From assembly GCA_003647065.1 (NCBI GenBank), contig QMMC01000002.1:1-52371 (forward strand): a DNA stretch of 52,371 nucleotides, given 5' to 3'. The notes beneath the pieces were generated by a model. It was not told the origin of the DNA and made no database searches. It worked only from the letters and a program-made list of their open reading frames with translations. Shown here one piece after another: positions 1 through 8,249 of this stretch. The DNA comes from Deltaproteobacteria bacterium (lineage in GTDB: Bacteria; Myxococcota_A; Polyangia; Polyangiales; B10-G4). Positions within the stretch are counted from its first letter, which is position 1, and every line of letters begins with the position of its first letter. The position numbers and the translations under genes were made by a program.

Positions 1-436
1 GGCGAAGAAAACCAATGCGAGTGAATAGACCGGCGCAACCGTGAAGCACGTCGACACATCCTTCCCCGCACTCGACCGTCCTCTCATCTCATCTCGTTTC
101 ATCTCATCTCACCTTTCTGCGAGCTCACATGCAGCGAGCGCCTTCTTCGGCCATGACGCATTCGGTATAGCCGTAGGCGGTGCAATCGTAGGTTGACGGA
201 GTGCCGCCCTCACAGACCTCGAGTGTCCTCCCGTTAGCAGGCGGGAAGCGTCGCACAAACGTCGCTACTTCGGCAAAACGCCCGCTCGAATTCCGGAGGA
301 ACTGTCCAACGTGCTCGGCCGTCTTCTGCGCGTGGAGGTGCGGTGGCCCGTTCAGCGACCCCTCCGGACGTGACCGGCGACCGCCGCGGTTCTCCCGCAG
401 TGCCATCCAGATCCGAGTACACTGCCGCCTCCGCCA

Positions 437-3400
437 GTGGCCCCCAGCGCCCCACACTACGAAATCGACACTATCCTCGGCGAAGGCGGGATGGGTCGCG
501 TGTACCGGGCGGTGCATCACCCTTCGAGGCTGCCGGTCGCGATCAAGATGCTGCGCCAGGAGCTCGCCAGCCCCCAGGCTCGCCGGCTGCTGCTTCGCGA
601 GGCCGCCGCGGCGGCGCGCCTCGACCACCCGCGGATTGTGAAGCTCCTCGACCTGACCCACGACGAGGACGGTCGGCCCGTACTGGTAATGGAGCTCGTC
701 ATGGGGCACGACCTGAGCGTCTGGATCGACGATTGGCCTGGCTTCCCCCGCGTCCTCGGGGCGCTGTGTGACACCCTCGAGGGCCTCGCGGTCGCTCACG
801 GCGCCGGCATCGTCCACCGCGACCTCAAGCCCGGGAACCTGCTGGTCGAGGGCGATCGCGTGAAGGTCACAGACTTCGGCGTCGCGGTGGTTCTCGATCC
901 CCTCCGGACGGACAGCACGAAGAAGTTTGTAGTGGGCACGCCGGTCTACATGGCACCGGAGCAGCTCGACCCGCGTCTAGACATCGGGCCGTGGACAGAC
1001 ATCTACGCCTTCGGTGTGCTCCTTTACGAGCTCCTCCACGCGGAGCCGCCGCACATCGCCGAAGGCCTAAGCGACCTGCTCTCCCAGAAGCGCTCACCCT
1101 TCGTCCCGAAGCATCCTCTGCGGCCGGGCCTCCGGGTCCCGCGGGGCATGTTCGCCCTGATCGAAGCGCTCCTCGATCCGGAACCGCGGCGCCGCATGCG
1201 CTTTGCTTCCGAGGTCCGTGACGCCCTCGTGTCTCTCGCCGAAGAGGTGGAAGACGAGCTGACCGCCGAACCGCGGAGCAAACCGTCGTGGCGGACGCCA
1301 CGTGCATCGAACATGGCGGGCACCATCGCCCAACCGCCAGAAGAGACCACGGCGGCGGAGGGTGCGACGCTCTCCGCGGACTTGGCAGACACGATCTTGG
1401 ACTCCGCGCCCGCGCCACCGAGGGCTCGGCCGAGCAACCGCTCCACTCTGCCCGCCCCACTGTCTCCTGGAACTGGGACCCGGGTCATCCAGCTGCGTCG
1501 GCTCCCCCTCGTGGGACGGCTCGCTGAACGCGCAATCATCGAAGAGAACCTCGACCAGGTCGTGGGCCGTGGCGGCGTCCGCCTCGTCGGGATCGTCGGC
1601 GCAAGCGGTGCAGGCAAGAGCGCGCTCGCCCGCTGGGGCCTCGACTTCGTGGAGCGCCACGGCCAAATGGAGGGTGTCGCCGCCGGCTACGACATCACGG
1701 GGACCGCGCCCACCGGTGGGCTCAAACACGCTACGCGACGGCTCCTCGGCCCGCCGGTGCCGGCCAGTGACGAGCCACCGTGGGCATGGCTCCGAGGTCC
1801 AGGCGGTGAGCTACCCTTCGACGAAGCCGAGATGACGGCGTTCGTGTCGAAGGAAGCTGGCGAAGCTCTCGCATCCGATCACACCGCATCCCTCGCCGAA
1901 GCCGCGATCGAAGCCGTGAGCCGCATTCGCCCCGTCTATCTCTGGCTCGACGACGTGGGGTGGTCTCGCGACGGCGCGCTTTCCCTCGTCGAGCGCCTGC
2001 TGGCACGAGGCGACGAGCTCGATGTGGCGATCGTAGTGACGCTCAGGTCTGGAACGGCTGGCCACGGCGCCCTGCGAGAGCGGCTCGCGTCGCTTTTCGC
2101 GAAGCCCGGAGCGACGCTCGTCACGTTGGGAGCGCTTGGAGACACTGAGAAACGGACGCTCCTCGACGAGGTCCTACAACTCGCGCCGGGACTCGCCGAC
2201 GCATTCGCGCCCCAACTCGACGACCTGCCGCTGATGCTCCTGACGCGTGTCTACGCGTGGATCGAGAACGAACACGTCGTCTCCACCGAGGACGGGTACC
2301 GGCCGAACGAGGGCATCTCCTCCGCGGAGCTCTTCTCTGATCGTGCCGTCGAGGACACCCTCACGGAACGCCTCGACGCCTTCTTCACAGCATTCGGAGA
2401 CGACCGGACCATGGCGCGACGCGTCCTGATCGTGGCAGCGCTCCTTGGCGCGTCATTCGAGGAGGACGTCCTCGTCGCCGCATGCAGCGGCGTCGTGGGG
2501 CCAGAGCAGGTCCACGTAGTGGTCGACCGAGCCGTCCTGACCGGCCTCCTCCGGAGCGAGAGCGGGGGCGGCGACCTACGGTTCGACCACGGTCTGTTGA
2601 AAGAGATCCTCGAGTCGATGGCCCAGAGCGATCCGGACCCGCGGCGTCTTCTCCGCGGGGCGGCCGACGCGCTGCGCGTGACCTACGAGATGGCGCATGC
2701 AGCCGTTGGGGAGCGCGTTGCGTCGCTTCTCTGGATGAGTGGGGACGTCGAGGATGCCGTAGAGGCCCTCGTCGCCGTCGCCGAGGTCCACAACCGAACC
2801 GGCGACCTGGATGAATCCGCGAAGGCCCTCGAGTTGGCCCGGCAGTGGCTCGACTCGGCGGAGATCGCCGATGGCACCATTTTGCGTGGCCGGATCGCGC
2901 TCGTGGATGCCGATCGCGCGTACTTCGCCATCGACTACCCGACGGCCGAGCGCGTCCTGGGCGAAGCACGCGCCATCTTCGAAGCGCATGGCGAGACCGA
3001 ACTCCTCGCCGCCGCCATGAATCTCGAGTCGGGCCTCCACTTCTACCAGAACCGCTTTCGCGAAGCGGAGCGCATCGCACGGGAAATGGAGACGGTCACG
3101 GCACCCGGAAGCGTCTGGCGGCATCGCGCGATTCACCGGCAGCTTCAGATCGCATCTCTCGTCGGCGACGACGTGCTCGCGACGCGCCTCGTCCGGGAAG
3201 CGCTACGACACGCGCGCCTCTCCGGCGGCCGATTTCGGTATCGTACGGCCCACATCACGGCGGCGGAGTGCGAGCTCTCGGTCGGCCGTGTCGGTGATGC
3301 GCGCCTCCGGCTCGCCGCGCTCCGCGAGGAAGTGAGCGGAATCGACGACACCTTTTCGGCGGCTGAGGTGGGAGATGTCTGGTTCTGGCTCCTCGCTATC

Positions 3401-3772
3401 GACGGGATGTGGGAGGAGCTCGCGCCGCGCGTCGCGCAGCGACTCGCCTTGCTCGAGAGCAACGCCGACACTTGGCGCATCACGATGGCCCGCACGTATT
3501 GCGCGCTCGCGGCCGCTGGACTGCGCGACGACGAGGCGCGGGTCGCAGCACTGGTCGATGCCCATATCGAGGCCGGATGTCAGGTCCCCAACGACGAGCC
3601 CACCACGCGCTACGCGACCCGGCGACTCGCCGTCGAGCTCCGAGCGGCCGGCCATGAGGCCCTCGCCGCACGTGTCGATGCCGCGTTCGAAGCCCGGATG
3701 TCGACGCTCGAAGCGGCCTTCGGCGACGGCACGACGATCTTCGATCCGGCGAACGTGCTCGACGCGTATTGA
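437..3772 (+). CDS. Ser/Thr protein kinase fused to P-loop (AAA_16/STAND-like) ATPase and helical TPR-like C-terminus
   Basis: Hanks motifs GEGGMG, VAIK, HRDLKPGN, DFG, GTPVYMAPE, DIYAFG; Walker A GASGAGKS; Walker B LWLDD; Ala-rich helical repeats at the C-terminus. Confidence 0.9.
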   Translation: MAPSAPHYEIDTILGEGGMGRVYRAVHHPSRLPVAIKMLRQELASPQARRLLLREAAAAARLDHPRIVKLLDLTHDEDGRPVLVMELVMGHDLSVWIDDWPGFPRVLGALCDTLEGLAVAHGAGIVHRDLKPGNLLVEGDRVKVTDFGVAVVLDPLRTDSTKKFVVGTPVYMAPEQLDPRLDIGPWTDIYAFGVLLYELLHAEPPHIAEGLSDLLSQKRSPFVPKHPLRPGLRVPRGMFALIEALLDPEPRRRMRFASEVRDALVSLAEEVEDELTAEPRSKPSWRTPRASNMAGTIAQPPEETTAAEGATLSADLADTILDSAPAPPRARPSNRSTLPAPLSPGTGTRVIQLRRLPLVGRLAERAIIEENLDQVVGRGGVRLVGIVGASGAGKSALARWGLDFVERHGQMEGVAAGYDITGTAPTGGLKHATRRLLGPPVPASDEPPWAWLRGPGGELPFDEAEMTAFVSKEAGEALASDHTASLAEAAIEAVSRIRPVYLWLDDVGWSRDGALSLVERLLARGDELDVAIVVTLRSGTAGHGALRERLASLFAKPGATLVTLGALGDTEKRTLLDEVLQLAPGLADAFAPQLDDLPLMLLTRVYAWIENEHVVSTEDGYRPNEGISSAELFSDRAVEDTLTERLDAFFTAFGDDRTMARRVLIVAALLGASFEEDVLVAACSGVVGPEQVHVVVDRAVLTGLLRSESGGGDLRFDHGLLKEILESMAQSDPDPRRLLRGAADALRVTYEMAHAAVGERVASLLWMSGDVEDAVEALVAVAEVHNRTGDLDESAKALELARQWLDSAEIADGTILRGRIALVDADRAYFAIDYPTAERVLGEARAIFEAHGETELLAAAMNLESGLHFYQNRFREAERIAREMETVTAPGSVWRHRAIHRQLQIASLVGDDVLATRLVREALRHARLSGGRFRYRTAHITAAECELSVGRVGDARLRLAALREEVSGIDDTFSAAEVGDVWFWLLAIDGMWEELAPRVAQRLALLESNADTWRITMARTYCALAAAGLRDDEARVAALVDAHIEAGCQVPNDEPTTRYATRRLAVELRAAGHEALAARVDAAFEARMSTLEAAFGDGTTIFDPANVLDAY

Positions 3773-3862
3773 GCGCCCCGCACGCCGCTTGTTTGTGGAA
3801 ATTGGGCTCAAAACGGCGCGGGGGCGGGCGAATTTGGGCGCACATCGGCGCGGTTCCTTCCG

Positions 3863-3922
3863 CGGAAACGGCGACGGGAACGGTCACGAGAACGGCTACG
3901 GCTACAGCTCCGGCTACCCGGA
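3863..3922 (+). repeat. Degenerate hexamer array (cggNNa-like, about 10 units)
   Basis: cggaaa cggcga cgggaa cggtca cgagaa cggcta cggcta cagctc cggcta cccgga in an intergenic gap. Confidence 0.65.
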
Positions 3923-4016
3923 CAGCCCACCAGGATTGATCGCGTCGTGACCGGCCGCCTGGACGCGGGTGCACTTGTGCGATGCCGACCGGTTGGCGGT
4001 ATCATCAGCTCGCTCG

Positions 4017-4865
4017 ATGGGAAAGCAGCACCACGGCTGGCGCGCGCCGCTTCTCCTCGTGGTCACCGCTGTGCTGGGGTGTGGTGGACAACCTGCTCCC
4101 CAACGACAAGCGGCCACGTCTCCCGTCGCGCGAGTCCCCACGCCCGGCGGCGCAGCGACGGAAGCCGAACCGACGACGACGACAGCGCCCACTGGGCTCG
4201 AGTCGTTGCTCGACGCCTGCAGATGGTGGGATGCCGCAGAGGCCCGCCGCCAGCCGACGGTGTACTGCACGACCGAAGACGACCCGGTGCCGACCACGAA
4301 CGGAGGATTCCCGGCGCTCGCCCGCGATGGCACCCACGTGGCCGTCATACAGGTCGGGTATGACTGCTGCTCGGATTTCGGAACCGTCAGCGCGGAGGTC
4401 CGAGACCTCTCCAACACGGTCGTGGCCGAGTGGTCGCTCTCCGATCGAGACGCAGACGGCGTGGAAGGCATCTCGGGACAGCAGGCGGAGGCGCGCATCT
4501 CAGAGCTCAACGCGCTGCTCTTCGCCGACGGGTTTCGGCCACTCGCGGTCGTGGCGGAGAGCGAAGAGAACCTGACGCAGCCGCTCTCGCTGGCGAATGG
4601 GCTGAGCGCGCGTCTCGAGAACCTGAGCTTCGAAGTCAGGCGTGGGACCGACGTCGTGGCCAGCCTGGCGTTTTCATCCTACGAACGGGACAGCGATTGC
4701 TGCGATGGCGGTCTCGGGCGAGGCGGCCGTTGTCATCTCCCCCCAGCATTGGTCGGCGTGTGGCAGGGCGAGCGGGCCATCGTCGTGTCTGTCGGCCTCG
4801 TTCATCAGCGCGACGGGTGCGACGCCAGCCCCTCGTTCCACGTGCTGTCGTTGCCCGCGGATTGA
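4017..4865 (+). CDS. Hypothetical lipoprotein
   Basis: ATG 4017 followed by basic, then hydrophobic, signal and lipobox VLG|C; Pro/Thr linker; paired Cys in the mature part. Confidence 0.7.
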   Translation: MGKQHHGWRAPLLLVVTAVLGCGGQPAPQRQAATSPVARVPTPGGAATEAEPTTTTAPTGLESLLDACRWWDAAEARRQPTVYCTTEDDPVPTTNGGFPALARDGTHVAVIQVGYDCCSDFGTVSAEVRDLSNTVVAEWSLSDRDADGVEGISGQQAEARISELNALLFADGFRPLAVVAESEENLTQPLSLANGLSARLENLSFEVRRGTDVVASLAFSSYERDSDCCDGGLGRGGRCHLPPALVGVWQGERAIVVSVGLVHQRDGCDASPSFHVLSLPAD

Positions 4866-4911
4866 GACTCGGCGCACCGGAACTGGCGGCGCACCGCTTC
4901 ACAGCCCCCGT

Positions 4912-6417
4912 TTAGAGAGAGAAGAACGAACGAATCTTGCTCAGGAGCAGGTTGCTCTCGGTGCGCTCTTCGTGAGTCGTGGTGGCGCTCCCGGTTCGCT
5001 GGTCGGCGAGTTGGGCTTTGCGCCGGGCGAGGACCTCGGCCAGGTGTTCGGCGACCTTGGGATCCTCGGCCAGCACTTCCCGCATCGCCGCCGAGCCGAT
5101 CACGAAGAGCTTCGAAGGCTCCCGGGCGACGATGGTCGCGGTGCGCTTCTCGCCCGTCATGAGCGACATCTCTCCGAAGAAGCTGCCCTCGCCCAACCGG
5201 GCTACCTCGGTCTTGCCGACGAGGACCGCCACCCCACCCTCGTAGACGATGAAGAGCTCGTCGCCGTCGGTGCCCTCCTCGATGATGCGTCCGCCCTTCG
5301 CGTAGAGCACCACACGGGTTCGGTCGGCGAGGCGCGCCATCGCGTCATCGGGCAGGCCCGCGAGGATCTCGATGCCCTCGAGGGCGCGCCGCCGGGCGCT
5401 CACGAACTCGGCCTGCTTCGTCGCCTCGACCGCCAGCATGTCCCGGGAGCGCACGTCGCGGATGGGAAACGGGATGGACAGCCCGGCGCGCTGGAACGCG
5501 TACCAGATCCGAGACCGCACCGCCGAGTCGATCTTGGCGCGCCTCGCGAAGTCACGAATATAATAGCGAAGCTGGTACTCGATGCCGCTGTCGGCGTAGG
5601 TCGCGAGGACGACGTCCGGGGCTGGCTTGGCCAAGACGTCGGGGGTCGTTTGCACCGCCTCGTGCAAGGCCTTGACGACCATATGGGGGACCGCCTCGTA
5701 CTCCGCTTGCACGGTGACCGTCCGCCGGCTCACCCGGGTCGGCTGGGTGAAATTTTGGATAGGCGCCTTGGCCAGCGGGCCATTGGGCACGATCACCTCG
5801 ACCTGGTCGTCGGTCATCACCTTCGTGGCGCGCCAGTTGATCTCCGTGACCCTCCCGGTGAGGTTGTCGTCGAAGTCGAACTTGATCCAGTCGCCGACCT
5901 CGAAGGGGCGCTGGGCTTGAATCGCGAGGCCCGCGAAGAGGTTGCCCAAGGTCTCTTGCATCGACAAGCCCACCACCGCCGTGAGCAGGGCAGAGGTCGT
6001 GAGCAGCGAACTCGGCTCGACGCCGATGACGGGCAAGGTGAGGAAGGCGACGCCGAAGTAGACGACGACCTGAATGATGTCGCGGAAGATCTTGGGAAGG
6101 GGCCGGGCGAGGCGCCGCCCGATGAGCCAGTCGACGATCACGAGGAAGCCCGCGCGGCCGATGCAGGCGAGCAGCAGGAGCAGCGCCAGGGCAGCGATGG
6201 CCCGGTCGAAGCCCCGGGGCAGCGCGACGAAGGACCGGAAGATGACCAGCGTCAGATTGCCCACGAGCAGGAAGAACGGCACGCGAACTCGAGCGCGCTC
6301 GCCATCGGACAAGACGAAACGGAGCACGACGATCAGGATCAACGCGACGAGAATCCCGATGCCGCCTAGGGACGCATACGCGCCTTCCTGAACCGCGAGC
6401 CTAAACCAGTCACCCAT
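4912..6417 (-). CDS. MscS-family mechanosensitive channel with C-terminal cyclic-nucleotide-binding domain (bCNG-like)
   Basis: N-terminal TM helices; GLSMQETLGNLFAG and RPFEVGDWI (MscS core); cNMP-binding motif GSFFGEMSLMTGEKRTATI. Confidence 0.92.
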   Translation of the reverse strand: MGDWFRLAVQEGAYASLGGIGILVALILIVVLRFVLSDGERARVRVPFFLLVGNLTLVIFRSFVALPRGFDRAIAALALLLLLACIGRAGFLVIVDWLIGRRLARPLPKIFRDIIQVVVYFGVAFLTLPVIGVEPSSLLTTSALLTAVVGLSMQETLGNLFAGLAIQAQRPFEVGDWIKFDFDDNLTGRVTEINWRATKVMTDDQVEVIVPNGPLAKAPIQNFTQPTRVSRRTVTVQAEYEAVPHMVVKALHEAVQTTPDVLAKPAPDVVLATYADSGIEYQLRYYIRDFARRAKIDSAVRSRIWYAFQRAGLSIPFPIRDVRSRDMLAVEATKQAEFVSARRRALEGIEILAGLPDDAMARLADRTRVVLYAKGGRIIEEGTDGDELFIVYEGGVAVLVGKTEVARLGEGSFFGEMSLMTGEKRTATIVAREPSKLFVIGSAAMREVLAEDPKVAEHLAEVLARRKAQLADQRTGSATTTHEERTESNLLLSKIRSFFSL

Positions 6418-6449
6418 CGCGTCGTCTGGTTATCAGAGTCTCGGCCAGA

Positions 6450-6817
6450 TCAGAAGGAACCGAGGGCGTCTTGGATCACTTTTCGAGCGCCATCGGCGTC
6501 AAAGGGCTTGCGTAGAAACCCGGCTCCAACCGAATTGATCTGCGCTTCTTCGTCCGGGCTCGCGAAACCCGAGACGATGATCACCGCCGTCGGCGGAGAG
6601 AGAGAGAGAGGGCTTGTCGGGCCACGTCGAGACCGCTGGCCCCTGGCATGCGGAGATCCGTGAGCACGAGGTCGTAGCGGCGGTCAGCGAGGGAAGCGAT
6701 CCCTCTGAGACCATCCTCGACGGCGGTGACCTCGAGATCGAGCCAATCGCAAATGCGCACCATGGCAGTGCGCACGAGCGGGTCGTCCTCGACGACGAGA
6801 ACCCGAGGTGACGTCAT
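6450..6817 (-). pseudogene. Single-domain response regulator receiver, frameshifted at an (AG)7 tract
   Basis: Start overlaps the kinase stop (ATGA); VLVVEDD and DLVLTDLRMPG precede the tract, with a premature stop at 6581. The shifted frame continues PPTAVIIVSGF...FLRKPFD to a stop at 6450-6452. Removing one dinucleotide unit gives a 121-aa receiver. Confidence 0.85.
6597..6610. repeat. (AG)7 microsatellite inside the receiver gene
   Basis: agagagagagagag read directly. Confidence 0.95.
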
Positions 6818-7770
6818 CCGAGCCCCTCGGCTATCGGAAGGTTGACGATGAAAGACGCGCCACCGGACTCGGGGGCCTCGTGCGCGAGTTTGCCGCCGTG
6901 GTTTTTCACGATGTCCATGGCGACGCTCAGGCCGAGACCGGTCCCCTGACCCACGGGCTTGGTCGTGATGAAGGGGTCGAAGAGTCGCTCCGAAACATCC
7001 GGCGGAACCCCCGGTCCGGAGTCGGTGACCCGATAGATGATGCGGCCCTCGGCGGTCGAGATGGTCAAGACCACCTCGCGCCCCCGGGCGTCGGGCATCA
7101 TGACGGCGTCGGCGGCGTTTCCGAGCAGATTGATGAATACTTGCCGGAGTTGGTCGACGCTCGCCTGAATGCGCGGAAGGCCGTCTTCGATGTTCCACGT
7201 GAGCTCGATGCCGCGCTCCGCAAAGGAACGGCTCAAGAGGACCGTCGCCCCTTCGAGGGGCAGCAGCGCCGAGGATACCGTCTTCTGCACATCGGCGGCG
7301 CGACCGTAGGTGCGGACCGAATCGACGATCCTGCCCATCTGGCGAGCCGCCTCGACGATCATCGCCAATCCCTCCTCGAGCTTCTGAGGGCTCCGGTCGG
7401 GATCGGCCCGGAGCAGATCGGCGAGGGCCATGATCACGGTGAGGGGCTGATTCATCTCGTGAGCAACACCTGCAGCGAGCAACCCGAGGGCGGCGAGTTT
7501 CTCCGCCTCGACGAGGCGCGCGTGGGCACGGTCGCGCTCGACGCGCTCCGTCTCGAGATCCGCGAGGAGAACCCGTACTTCCTCGGCGGTCGAGTTCACC
7601 AAGAACGACAAGACGTCCCACCGATCGCCAGACCCGTCCCGGGGACTGGGGTCGTCGAAGGTGCCCCGCGCTATCCCGAGGAGGGCGTGAGTCAGAGCGG
7701 CGATGCGCTCGCCATCGTCCTCGGGAAGGTCCTCGGGAGTGTCCTCGCAAGGGTCCGGGGCGTCACTCAT
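6814..7770 (-). CDS. Soluble sensor histidine kinase (HAMP-like segment, HisKA, HATPase)
   Basis: H-box AGVAHEMNQPL, N-box QVFINLLGNA, DSGPG, LFDPFITTK, GTGLGL; no TM helix; start at MSDAPD overlapping the upstream gene end. Confidence 0.9.
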   Translation of the reverse strand: MSDAPDPCEDTPEDLPEDDGERIAALTHALLGIARGTFDDPSPRDGSGDRWDVLSFLVNSTAEEVRVLLADLETERVERDRAHARLVEAEKLAALGLLAAGVAHEMNQPLTVIMALADLLRADPDRSPQKLEEGLAMIVEAARQMGRIVDSVRTYGRAADVQKTVSSALLPLEGATVLLSRSFAERGIELTWNIEDGLPRIQASVDQLRQVFINLLGNAADAVMMPDARGREVVLTISTAEGRIIYRVTDSGPGVPPDVSERLFDPFITTKPVGQGTGLGLSVAMDIVKNHGGKLAHEAPESGGASFIVNLPIAEGLG

Positions 7771-8215
7771 CGGGCGCCTCCCCTCGGGCGGCGAGGAGCC
7801 CATTCCCTCGTACGACCGCTTCGGTGAAGGAGTCCACCATCTTGGCGGGGACCGGCGGACGCGCCACGCCGATGATGAACGATCCGATCGCGCGGCCGAG
7901 CAGGGAGCGGCTGACGATGACGACACCGACGACCAGGTCCGTATCCAACCCCGTCCGCCACACCTCACGAGACTGCCCGTCGTCCGATCCCATGCGGTCG
8001 GCAGCCAGGACCAGGACGATGGGGCGCCCGATCTCCCGAGCGATGCGATGGGCCTCGGCGAGGCTTCGGCGGGCCCCCTCCCCGGTCTGCCGGTACCCCG
8101 GGAGTGGCCGGGCCAGGATCACCCTCTCGGCGAGTTCGTAGAACCCCCCGGCGCCGGTCCCACCGAGATGGGGCAGCACGTCGATGTCGATGTCAGCGTC
8201 GATGTCCGTACCCAC
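7763..8215 (-). CDS. Small alpha/beta protein, STAS/SpoIIAA-like
   Basis: 150 aa; C-terminal VVIVSRSLLGRAIGSFIIGVARPPVPAKMVDSFTEA resembles SpoIIAA-like proteins; overlaps the kinase start; extended -10 just upstream. Confidence 0.6.
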   Translation of the reverse strand: MGTDIDADIDIDVLPHLGGTGAGGFYELAERVILARPLPGYRQTGEGARRSLAEAHRIAREIGRPIVLVLAADRMGSDDGQSREVWRTGLDTDLVVGVVIVSRSLLGRAIGSFIIGVARPPVPAKMVDSFTEAVVRGNGLLAARGEAPDE

Positions 8216-8249
8216 CGACGGCAGACTACCAAATAGTGACGGTCGGTGC

